Below, in pieces: positions 55,096 through 64,000 of a stretch of 64,000 nt of DNA (its first letter is position 1; the number at the start of each line of letters is the position of its first letter). Location: the IMG/VR virus record IMGVR_UViG_3300020195_000009, positions 124,001 through 188,000 of that record; one strand, 5' to 3'. Under the pieces are notes generated by a model. The model searched no databases and was not told where the DNA came from. It saw only the letters and a list, made by a program, of their open reading frames with translations. Position numbers and translations under genes: made by a program.

Positions 55096-55503
55096 CTAGA
55101 GGTTTGAAATTGGGAACTCAATCGTGAAGAGATCCCGCAGTATCATCAACACTCTCTCGTAAAGCTCAGGTTCCCATATCTCTGAAGCCGAGGGATCGAA
55201 GAAGTTGTTGGGGTAGAGAACAACAGAGGTGTCTACTGGAAATTGCCTCGTATCCAGCGTCCCATCTTTGAGAAATGGGACGATTTTGGCCCAATCGTCC
55301 GACCTCACGAGGATGTTGATCCCCCCGCTAGGGTTGAAAAGTCGGATGCACGGGGTGTCGTAAACAACATGACAATCTACCCTTGCCCGACCTCGAAGAA
55401 CCGCCACGATACCCCTAGCTAAGGCCGGGACCTCATTGCGTGTAAGTCGTTGTGGCCTTGACCCATAAACCTGGGAAAGTCGATTGTCCACGCTCAAGAC
55501 CAA
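55096..55503 (-). CDS. Hypothetical protein
   Basis: 135-aa ORF filling the gap between neighbours; lower GC. Confidence 0.55.
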   Translation of the reverse strand: MVLSVDNRLSQVYGSRPQRLTRNEVPALARGIVAVLRGRARVDCHVVYDTPCIRLFNPSGGINILVRSDDWAKIVPFLKDGTLDTRQFPVDTSVVLYPNNFFDPSASEIWEPELYERVLMILRDLFTIEFPISNL

Positions 55504-55515
55504 GGATAACTAGAT

Positions 55516-57572
<2,057 letters not shown>

Positions 57573-57586
57573 GGAGGACCCCTAGC

Positions 57587-57790
57587 TTACACCCGCTCCA
57601 GCCTGGACTTCACCTGGAGGTGCTCCAGATACCCCCGCTGCTCCGTGGCGTCCTTGACCGCCTTGCGGCACATCCGGCAAAGACCGTCAGGGGGAGGTGG
57701 CATGTCGAAGCCGACTTCTTCCCATTCCGCGAAGGGCCTGGGCTTGAGAAGGGGGACGCAGATGGAGCACTTGACCTCGTGACCCATCAT
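57587..57790 (-). CDS. Small Cys4 protein
   Basis: CSIC...CRMC; 67 aa, directly after rtcB. Confidence 0.5.
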   Translation of the reverse strand: MMGHEVKCSICVPLLKPRPFAEWEEVGFDMPPPPDGLCRMCRKAVKDATEQRGYLEHLQVKSRLERV

Positions 57791-57793
57791 GGA

Positions 57794-59200
57794 TCATTCG
57801 GCCCCTTTGATGTTCGCGACCGGCATCATGCGGTGGGCGATCTTGGCGATGCCTTCATCTTCGAGAACCGCAAGAACGGCATCGAGGTCCTTGTAGACGT
57901 GCTTGCATTCGTCGACCGGGATGTTCTTGTGGTTCGAGATGATCCCTTCGATCGTCACACCTGCAAACGTTCGCTGGACGTCGTGCATCTCAGCGTTGAT
58001 TCGATCCTGCTTGGGACCCAGGCTCTTCTTTGCCTTGCTTCGCCCAAGAGTCCGACCCGACCCGTGGTTGACGGAGTACCCGGACTTGGAGGCTCCAGCC
58101 TGAGCGAATAGGATCGCAGCTCCGTCGTACATCGAACCGGGGATGCAGCACGGGTGTCCTGTGTCCGCCCACTTCGTCCCCACGAGATCGGGATGCCCAG
58201 CCGGGAAGGCACGGGTTGCCCCTTTACGGTGGACGAAGCCCTTCTTCGTGGTGCCGTCGGGGAGGACCAGGGTTTCCTCTTGGACGAGGTTGTGGCTGAT
58301 CTCGTAGTAGACCTCGCCCTCAACGTTGAAAACCTCTTGGAGAGCCTCCTGGATGCCTTTGACGATGACGTGGCGGTTGGCCACGGCAAAGTTGGCAGCG
58401 CTGTTGTGGTAGCGCCAGTAGTCCTTCCCAACCTGCTCGTCCATCCGAAGCCAGGACTCTTCACGTCGGTTACTGGGAAGACCACGGGCCTTGGCCCCCT
58501 CGAAGAAGAAGTGATCGGCGGTTTGCCAGCCGTACCCCCGGCTCCCGCAATGGATCATCACCCAGACTTCTGCTGTGTCCCGATCCACCTGCATCTCGAT
58601 GAAATGGTTGCCTCCGCCGACACTACCAAGCTGAGGGATGACCTTCGAGTAGGCCTTCTGGACCATCTTGAAGTCGGTACCCTCCGGGATCGGGATGTAC
58701 TGACGTTCGCATAGGTCGGCTGAGACCCCCAAGGCCTTGGCTCCGAACCGGAGGATCTCATCGGCCTGGTTCTGGTTGAAGTGGGGCATGAGGTTGGGTC
58801 GTTCGGACCCAACCCCGGTCGCGATTCGCTTCTCGACCTCCTTGACCCAACGCTCCCGAGGGTACCGACCCCGAACCCCACTCGCCGTGAGCCCAGGGAC
58901 CTTCATGTAAAGGACCCCACACGAAATGTCGTAACCAGAACCCGACTGGATGATCGTGTCCTCGGTTACAACGACCCCACCGACAGGAATTCCGTATCCG
59001 ATATGACAATCGGGCATAAGGTAGGCGCCGATGACTCCCTCATAGGAGGCGCTCGTCTTGATCTGCTCCCACATGTTCTCTTCCGAGGAGTTGTAGAGAT
59101 CCTCGGACAAAAAGGCGTGCGCCTCCACCTTCATCTCGCCGACTTTTGGCAAGACATAGTGGTTGGAGCCGACCTTTTGCGCTGTGTACTTGAGGGACAT
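57794..59200 (-). CDS. rtcB: RtcB RNA ligase
   Basis: MPDCHIGYGIPVG, GYDISCG, GSVGGGNHFIE, HCGSRG, HN, HRKGAT, PGSM, HGSGR, YKD. Confidence 0.95.
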   Translation of the reverse strand: MSLKYTAQKVGSNHYVLPKVGEMKVEAHAFLSEDLYNSSEENMWEQIKTSASYEGVIGAYLMPDCHIGYGIPVGGVVVTEDTIIQSGSGYDISCGVLYMKVPGLTASGVRGRYPRERWVKEVEKRIATGVGSERPNLMPHFNQNQADEILRFGAKALGVSADLCERQYIPIPEGTDFKMVQKAYSKVIPQLGSVGGGNHFIEMQVDRDTAEVWVMIHCGSRGYGWQTADHFFFEGAKARGLPSNRREESWLRMDEQVGKDYWRYHNSAANFAVANRHVIVKGIQEALQEVFNVEGEVYYEISHNLVQEETLVLPDGTTKKGFVHRKGATRAFPAGHPDLVGTKWADTGHPCCIPGSMYDGAAILFAQAGASKSGYSVNHGSGRTLGRSKAKKSLGPKQDRINAEMHDVQRTFAGVTIEGIISNHKNIPVDECKHVYKDLDAVLAVLEDEGIAKIAHRMMPVANIKGAE

Positions 59201-59279
59201 GTGTGATCCGATTTACGTGATGTTACTAGAGAAGCGGGAAGTTTGAGATTCGCTAACGTTGGGTTGGTTCTGCAACCAG

Positions 59280-59364
59280 CGGAAGATGGAGGTCCCGACC
59301 CCCTAAGCCTTTCAGCTCTCATCCGATTTCAAATCGGCTCCCGGCCCTGCCGAGTTCATCTTCC
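59280..59364 (-). tRNA. Non-canonical 8/4-fold tRNA-Ser(TGA)
   Basis: 8-bp acceptor GGAAGATG/CATCTTCC plus discriminator G; long D-stem CTCGGC/GCCGGG; anticodon loop TT-TGA-AA; long variable arm with GAAA loop; 4-bp T-stem GGGG/CCTC with loop GTCGGGA. Confidence 0.72.
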
Positions 59365-59368
59365 AGTT

Positions 59369-59839
59369 TCAGGCCACCCCGCGTGGGTTGCCCCAGGACT
59401 CGGAGAGCCGAGCCTTGAGAATGTTCATGAATAGACCACCCTGCTCCTTGGCATCATCGAGGGCGATGTGTGTGTGTCTGGCGTCCGGGAACCAGACCTT
59501 GGGCATGTTCCGCTTCGTGGACTGGCGGAACTCGATGCCAAGATACGCCGCCACGTAGGTCTTGATGTCCAAGGCGGAGAAGCTGAAAGGGCTCTCCAGC
59601 CCGCAGTTGACGATATACCAGTAGATGAACATGAAATCGAAGGTGGCTGGGTACCCGACGAACACAGGCTTCCCAGGCAAGGACTTCACCCAATTCACGT
59701 ACCGCTTCATCGTCTCCCCGATCGGCATCGGGTCTTTCCGGCAAGCCACCCAAGCGTTCGGGTTCTTGTCCCAAAACTCGCTCTTCGTGAGCGGGTGCAT
59801 CGAAGCCCCCGGAAAGTGCAACCCCCTCTCCCGTTTCAA
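59369..59839 (-). pseudogene. N-terminally truncated DEDD 3'-5' exo(ribo)nuclease (Rv2179c/RNase AS-like)
   Basis: ExoII (ATFDFMF), LDIKTY and ExoIII (HIALDDA..Q) are present. The ExoI DxE motif is absent and there is no room for it before the vWA stop. Confidence 0.6.
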
Positions 59840-59855
59840 CTTTGGTTACGCTGAT

Positions 59856-61445
59856 TTACCAGCGCTTGCTGCGGACCTTACCGACTTTTGCCTTGGAGGG
59901 CTCCGCAGGTGAGGCCGAGAGGGGCTCCCCTGAGGGTGCTACTAGGGACGGCCCCAGAGAGACCCCCCCAAGCAAGATGCTACCTCCGGCGCCATCCCCC
60001 ACCCCGCCGCTCCACGAGCCCCCTACGAGACCCCCAAGGTCGACGGGCGGGGCCGGGACTGCCGGGACTGCCGGGTCTGGTACCACCGGACCCGTGAACT
60101 CCTGGACCATCATGTCCTGCTGGGCGTTCGAGACCGAGTAGTTGTTCGAGACGAGGACCTCTTGATCCTCGGATGCCAGGCCGGAAGCTCGAAGGCCCCG
60201 CGTCATGGCCCTCCTCATCCCTGCCCGGTTTCCAGAGGTATCTCGATAGGAATCCTGGTTCAGATACATGGCGTTGACGTGCCCAGCAACAGCGGCAACA
60301 CCGACATGCCCTCGGGTATTAATCTCACCCCGAACATCCGCTAGAGCCGCCGCAGCCGCCACGAAGTTGCCACCACGGGCAAACTTCTCGGCTTCGACCT
60401 GAGCTTCCACGAGTTGGGCTCGGGCCACGACCTCATCGACTTCCTTCGTGGGGGTCTTCTGCTCGTCCCCGGCCTTGACGAACTGAACTTTAGCCTTGGC
60501 TTCGGCCGTCTTTGTGACGAGCTTCCCATCGGCGTCGATGACCTGGTACTTGAGCTTCACGTCAACAGCGTTGACCTGACGAGGCCCTGGTTGCTTCTGG
60601 GAGGCCAGCTTCACCATCAAGACGAGGTTCACATTCTCCTCGCTGAGAATGTGTGGAATCTTGACCTGAACTTCACCCGTGGTCTCCTCTTCGACATCGG
60701 CATCCGAGAGGACTTTTGTAACGAGGTGCCCGTTGTGAGGAATCACCTCAATCACGACGTCTTGAGCGTAGGTGGAAAGCAGACCCCCAAGCTCCTTCCC
60801 GAAGGCGGCAAGAGCCCCATCCGGGTCTCGGACGTAAGCGTAGTTGCCGTTCCCCTTCGTGGAGAGAGCCTGTAGGAGGTCTTGGTTGGCGTCGTCGCCG
60901 TACCCGAAGGCGGACACAGACGCCCTCCCAGCCTGCTTCTCCAGAAGACCATTCAAGCCCACAGGGTCCGTCACGCCATGGGTAGGCTGACCGTCCGTGA
61001 ACATGATGACCCGGACGAGGGTAGCCTCGGGAAGGTCCATCTCGTTCGCCGTTTGGAGACCGAGGAGCATCCCCGACGAGAAGTTGGTACCGCCTTCGAC
61101 CTTGAACCGGCCGACGAGGGCTTTGAGAGCCTCCTTGTTCTCGGGGATCATCTTCACCGGCTTGGCGTCGACACGAGCCGAATTGGAGAAGCTGATAATA
61201 CCGAGGTAATCCTCGGAGGAGAGGTGCTCAATGAGCTTCAGGATTGACTGCTTGGCGTAGGCCAGCTTGTCACCACCCATCGACCCCGAGATGTCGAGGA
61301 CCGGGAGGATGCAAAGCGGTGGGCGCTTGGCCTGCCAGTCGCCCTTGGGGGCGGTAAGGGAGACGACCAGGTGGAGGTCGTTGTCCTTGTCGTGGCGGAC
61401 GGATTCGTACGTGAATTGGGGCTTGATTTCCATGGGCTTCACCAT
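59856..61445 (-). CDS. von Willebrand factor A domain protein
   Basis: MIDAS LDISGSM, GGTN, FTDG, GYG, GNY; Ig-like flanks and low-complexity tail. Confidence 0.88.
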   Translation of the reverse strand: MVKPMEIKPQFTYESVRHDKDNDLHLVVSLTAPKGDWQAKRPPLCILPVLDISGSMGGDKLAYAKQSILKLIEHLSSEDYLGIISFSNSARVDAKPVKMIPENKEALKALVGRFKVEGGTNFSSGMLLGLQTANEMDLPEATLVRVIMFTDGQPTHGVTDPVGLNGLLEKQAGRASVSAFGYGDDANQDLLQALSTKGNGNYAYVRDPDGALAAFGKELGGLLSTYAQDVVIEVIPHNGHLVTKVLSDADVEEETTGEVQVKIPHILSEENVNLVLMVKLASQKQPGPRQVNAVDVKLKYQVIDADGKLVTKTAEAKAKVQFVKAGDEQKTPTKEVDEVVARAQLVEAQVEAEKFARGGNFVAAAAALADVRGEINTRGHVGVAAVAGHVNAMYLNQDSYRDTSGNRAGMRRAMTRGLRASGLASEDQEVLVSNNYSVSNAQQDMMVQEFTGPVVPDPAVPAVPAPPVDLGGLVGGSWSGGVGDGAGGSILLGGVSLGPSLVAPSGEPLSASPAEPSKAKVGKVRSKRW

Positions 61446-61610
61446 CGAGAACGTGGGAGGTGCCGAGACGCGGAGGGTTGGACAAACCTCCCAAATCTCA
61501 ACGGTTTTCCGTTACGTCCGCGACTTCGCCCAAACCCTAAGGTGCGGCTCCGTCGAAATGAGACCCCAAGCCGAGGCGCGGTCCCGGATGATCATATTAC
61601 ACCGAAATGA

Positions 61611-61648
61611 CGGCAGGGCTCCACCTTTTTCAAAGTGGAGCCCTGCCG
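61611..61648 (-). terminator. Hairpin after HNH gene
   Basis: CGGCAGGGCTCCAC...GTGGAGCCCTGCCG perfect 14-bp stem. Confidence 0.6.
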
Positions 61649-61677
61649 GGGCCAGTAGGTCTCCCTTTCAGGAGTTG

Positions 61678-62241
61678 TTACGCTGCGTGAGCGCCTACCA
61701 CGTAGTAGCCGTCACCGTGCTTGTGGGCCTTCGAGAGGTCCAGGTACGGCCCCCACGCTTCCGGGATCTTCCCCGCATCAATGAAGACCGGGTGAAGGGG
61801 GAGTGCATGAGGCTTGGCCGGCTTGCGGAGGAGGGTCATCTTGGCCTGCTCTGGTGTGCGCCCGCCCTTTCGGTCGTTGCACGGATAGCAGGAGGTCACG
61901 ATGTTGTCCCAGACCGTCTTTCCACCCTGCTTACGCGGGAGGACGTGGTCGTAGTTCAACTCCCTCATGGTGTACCGACCGCCGCAATACTGGCAGCGGA
62001 AGCCGTCACGGGTGAAGACGTTGATGCGGGAGAACTTGACACCCTTCTTGAAACCGCGAACCTGCTCTTTGAGCTGGAGTACGGCGGGGATGAAATACGA
62101 GGTCGACGGAGAACTGACCGTCTCTTCGTAATCCTCCAACACGGTGGCCTTCTCCTGGTACATGAGGCAGATCGCCTCCTCCCAGTTCAGGATCGCGTGG
62201 GGGAGTCCCCAGGAATTCAGAAGCAGTGTACGAGTCTCCAT
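61678..62241 (-). CDS. HNH endonuclease (McrA/HNH_5-like)
   Basis: LLLN...W.EA, FSRINVFTRDGFRCQYCG, DHVLP..QGG..W.N.V.SC..CN..KG.RTP. Confidence 0.9.
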   Translation of the reverse strand: METRTLLLNSWGLPHAILNWEEAICLMYQEKATVLEDYEETVSSPSTSYFIPAVLQLKEQVRGFKKGVKFSRINVFTRDGFRCQYCGGRYTMRELNYDHVLPRKQGGKTVWDNIVTSCYPCNDRKGGRTPEQAKMTLLRKPAKPHALPLHPVFIDAGKIPEAWGPYLDLSKAHKHGDGYYVVGAHAA

Positions 62242-62350
62242 GACACACCTACCTTCGCCTTCTCTTCCTCATGACAGGCCTTCTTTCTGTTCGATGGCCA
62301 CCGAATTGAAGACGCTCACCATGAGCGTCTTCTGACATTGAAGGGGGCGT

Positions 62351-62560
62351 CTAGGACGCTCGACCACTTGTCTGCTTACCCCTCGGGCGTCGGTACCAGA
62401 CAAAGAGCGCCTGACCGTAGGGGGTAGGGACCACATCCCTACCTAAGACCCTCACGCGGGTCTTCTTCTTCCAGTCAGCGTAGGCCCGGAACAGGTCCGG
62501 GGTCACCGGGAAGGGCTCCATCCCATCCGCAGGAGGGTTGAAGGAGGAGAGCAGTTTCAT
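62351..62560 (-). CDS. Small hypothetical protein
   Basis: The track start (62632) lies inside the tmRNA, so ATG 62560 (MKLLSS) is the plausible start. Confidence 0.45.
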   Translation of the reverse strand: MKLLSSFNPPADGMEPFPVTPDLFRAYADWKKKTRVRVLGRDVVPTPYGQALFVWYRRPRGKQTSGRAS

Positions 62561-62578
62561 GACTTTAGACCTAATTTG

Positions 62579-62925
62579 TGGAGCTGCGGGGTACTGCCCC
62601 CCGGTCCTCCAGAAGTCCGATGACGCCTTCATTCACGTACGTAGTCGAAGTATCCCCCTCGACTGAGTTCGTAGATTCGGCCACGACCTATTCCCGCTGT
62701 TCCTCTCGACCTTTGCACCGCAAGACACGTGCTCGGTCCAGCCCTAGTGGTTGACAGGCTCTCCGCTACCAGGACGATCTGGCGGGAACCCGGCCTTCAG
62801 GCCGCCTTGAGAGCGGTGAAAGCGAAAGCGTTGTCGTTGGCGACTAGCTTGTGCTCGATTGAACAGGTCGAGCGCTGTTGTACGCAGATGTCACTTCTTT
62901 CCAGAGTCGAATCTATTTCAGCCCC
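62579..62925 (-). ncRNA. ssrA: tmRNA (one-piece), tag peptide ANDNAFAFTALKAA
   Basis: 5' GGGGCTGAAATAGATTCGAC; 3' CAGCTCC-A with G3-U wobble; resume codon GCC at 62841 to TGA at 62797; T-arm CGGGG-GGCAGTA-CCCCG. Confidence 0.9.
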
Positions 62926-62973
62926 TTTCGTACTCCTACCCTACACCAAGAAGCATCGAAGAGCTAGTGCTAG

Positions 62974-63058
62974 TACCCGTAGAGGGAGTCGAACCCTCAG
63001 CGCCCACAAGGAGCCGCGAATTTTAAATTCACTGCGTCTGCCATTCCGCCACACGGGC
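62974..63058 (-). tRNA. tRNA-Leu(TAA)
   Basis: GCCCGTG/TACGGGT acceptor, TGGCGGAATGGCAGACGC D-arm, loop TT-TAA-AA, long variable arm, GGTTCGACTCC. Confidence 0.9.
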
Positions 63059-63062
63059 CTAG

Positions 63063-63143
63063 TACTCAGGAAGGGGATCGAACCCTCACGGTTTTACCCG
63101 GTGGATTTTGAATCCACTGCGTCTGCCATTCCGCCACCTGAGC
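63063..63143 (-). tRNA. tRNA-Leu(CAA)
   Basis: GCTCAGG/CCTGAGT acceptor, loop TT-CAA-AA, variable arm CGGGTAAAACCG, GGTTCGATCCC. Confidence 0.9.
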
Positions 63144-63152
63144 AAGAAACAG

Positions 63153-63224
63153 TGCGCCATCTAGGAGTTGAACCTAGCCACCCCGCATATCAGACGGGGC
63201 CGTTCACCGGAAACATCATGGCGC
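63153..63224 (-). tRNA. Atypical tRNA-Ile(GAT)
   Basis: GCGCCAT/ATGGCGC acceptor plus A, loop CT-GAT-AT, T-arm CTAGG-TTCAACT-CCTAG; G at position 8 and an unusual D-arm. Confidence 0.7.
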
Positions 63225-63388
63225 AAACGGGAAGGGAACAGGAGCAAGAACAACTCTGCCCGACGTGACTTGCCTTGTTCGCCGATGCTTGGGAGAACCC
63301 AAGAACTCACGGAGAGCTAAGCCGGCCGTCACGTGACGGAGTGAGTCGGCCAACGGTTTTACCCGTTCCAGGTAGGCCCCTTCCCGAA

Positions 63389-63412
63389 ACGAGGCTCCAG
63401 AAGAAGCCTCGT
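63389..63412 (-). terminator. Hairpin/terminator after 63423..63941
   Basis: ACGAGGCTTC-TTCT-GGAGCCTCGT followed by TT. Confidence 0.5.
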
Positions 63413-63422
63413 CCTAGACCCA

Positions 63423-63941
63423 TCACTCGAAGAGCGACGGATCCAAGTCTTCTACCTCGATCTCCCTGCCGTTGGCGACTGCAATAGCCGCCCTCAGCGA
63501 GCCGGCCTTCTTGCCGGTCTGGATGGCGAGCTTCACCGCATCTGCGGCGGTGATGGTGCGGATCGCACGGATCTGGTTTGGATCCCGCGTATCCACATCG
63601 TCCATATAGGACGGACGGCTGTTCTTCTCACTGACGGTGCTCTTCCACATCTTCTCGATGCGACCGACACCACCGATGCGCTTGATGGCCTCAGCGAGAG
63701 ACATCCTCTCCCCGTTCGCCTCAACCTGCACAGCGAGGTTGTACCTCATTTGAACGACCTGGAGCTTGGCCAAGGCCGCTTCCGCCTTGGCAAAGGTCTC
63801 GATCACCTCTTGAGGTGTCTCCTTTTGCTCGTCGGGGAACTTCTTGAGAGACTGATTGAAGGTCCCGGACGCCGTATCCCTTCTCAGCTCGTACTGTTTG
63901 ATCGCCTCTCTCAAGGCGTACCCTGACGTTTTCATCTTCAT
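63423..63941 (-). CDS. Helical protein, possibly DIP1984-like
   Basis: L.EA......R...; L..L...MRYNL...MSLAEAI pattern; embedded in the tRNA cluster; SD GGAGAG. Confidence 0.5.
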   Translation of the reverse strand: MKMKTSGYALREAIKQYELRRDTASGTFNQSLKKFPDEQKETPQEVIETFAKAEAALAKLQVVQMRYNLAVQVEANGERMSLAEAIKRIGGVGRIEKMWKSTVSEKNSRPSYMDDVDTRDPNQIRAIRTITAADAVKLAIQTGKKAGSLRAAIAVANGREIEVEDLDPSLFE

Positions 63942-63959
63942 CTCTCCGTTCCAAGTTAC

Positions 63960-63965
63960 TACACC
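63960..63965 (-). promoter_or_regulatory. Putative early/middle promoter motif GGTGTA (representative copy)
   Basis: Copies at or near gene boundaries at 5545, 6060, 36075, 38265, 44390, 49972, 57211, 57588, 61598 and 62942. Confidence 0.55.
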
Positions 63966-63967
63966 AG

Positions 63968-64000
63968 TACGAGGTGCGGGACTCGAACCCGCCTGGTCTA
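63968..64000 (-). tRNA. 3' part of a tRNA (identity outside window)
   Basis: GCGGG-TTCGAGT-CCCGC T-arm followed by acceptor strand ACCTCGT-A. Confidence 0.75.

Noticed and set aside
59281-59364. Plus-strand reading as tRNA-Sec/opal suppressor (TCA in loop, GGAAGATG start)
   Set aside because: On the plus strand the arm order is wrong and G-U pairs become A-C mismatches; the minus-strand cloverleaf is consistent and co-oriented with its neighbours.
62561-62632. 5' extension of ORF 62351..62632
   Set aside because: It overlaps the 3' tRNA-like domain of the tmRNA; ATG 62560 is preferred.
62729-63268. 179-aa plus-strand ORF
   Set aside because: It lies antisense to the tmRNA and three tRNAs.

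Overview
This is a 64-kb segment of a large, GC-rich tailed bacteriophage genome, with essentially all real genes on the minus strand. In transcription order (right to left) it has five parts. (i) A translation-rescue/RNA-repair region (64000-57800): tRNA-Leu(CAA), tRNA-Leu(TAA), an atypical tRNA-Ile(GAT), a complete one-piece tmRNA (tag ANDNAFAFTALKAA), an HNH nuclease, a vWA protein, a truncated DEDD exonuclease, an 8/4-fold tRNA-Ser(TGA) and RtcB. (ii) GroEL and small zinc-binding proteins. (iii) A bacterial-type replication/recombination module: HolB, HolA, class II RNR, NAD ligase, RecD2, SSB, RuvC, RecA, a split SbcC plus SbcD, a PD-(D/E)XK nuclease, a beta-clamp, a primase and DnaX. It ends in an unusual NusG(NGN-KOW) / 5'-3' exonuclease fusion and a tandem sigma-region-4 protein. 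(iv) A head-morphogenesis module: TerS, TerL, a type IB topoisomerase between terminase and portal, three tandem decoration-like paralogues, portal, a 1310-aa protein, prohead protease, Q-rich scaffold, decoration protein and major capsid protein. (v) HU, decaying homing endonucleases and further putative virion genes. Two recurring upstream motifs (GGTGTA and TCnTCTTRT) separate putative early/middle and late genes. Short peptide motifs (RV[AV]xR[FY], [KR]xA) recur in head-module proteins. All calls come from motif recognition by eye; no database searches were run.
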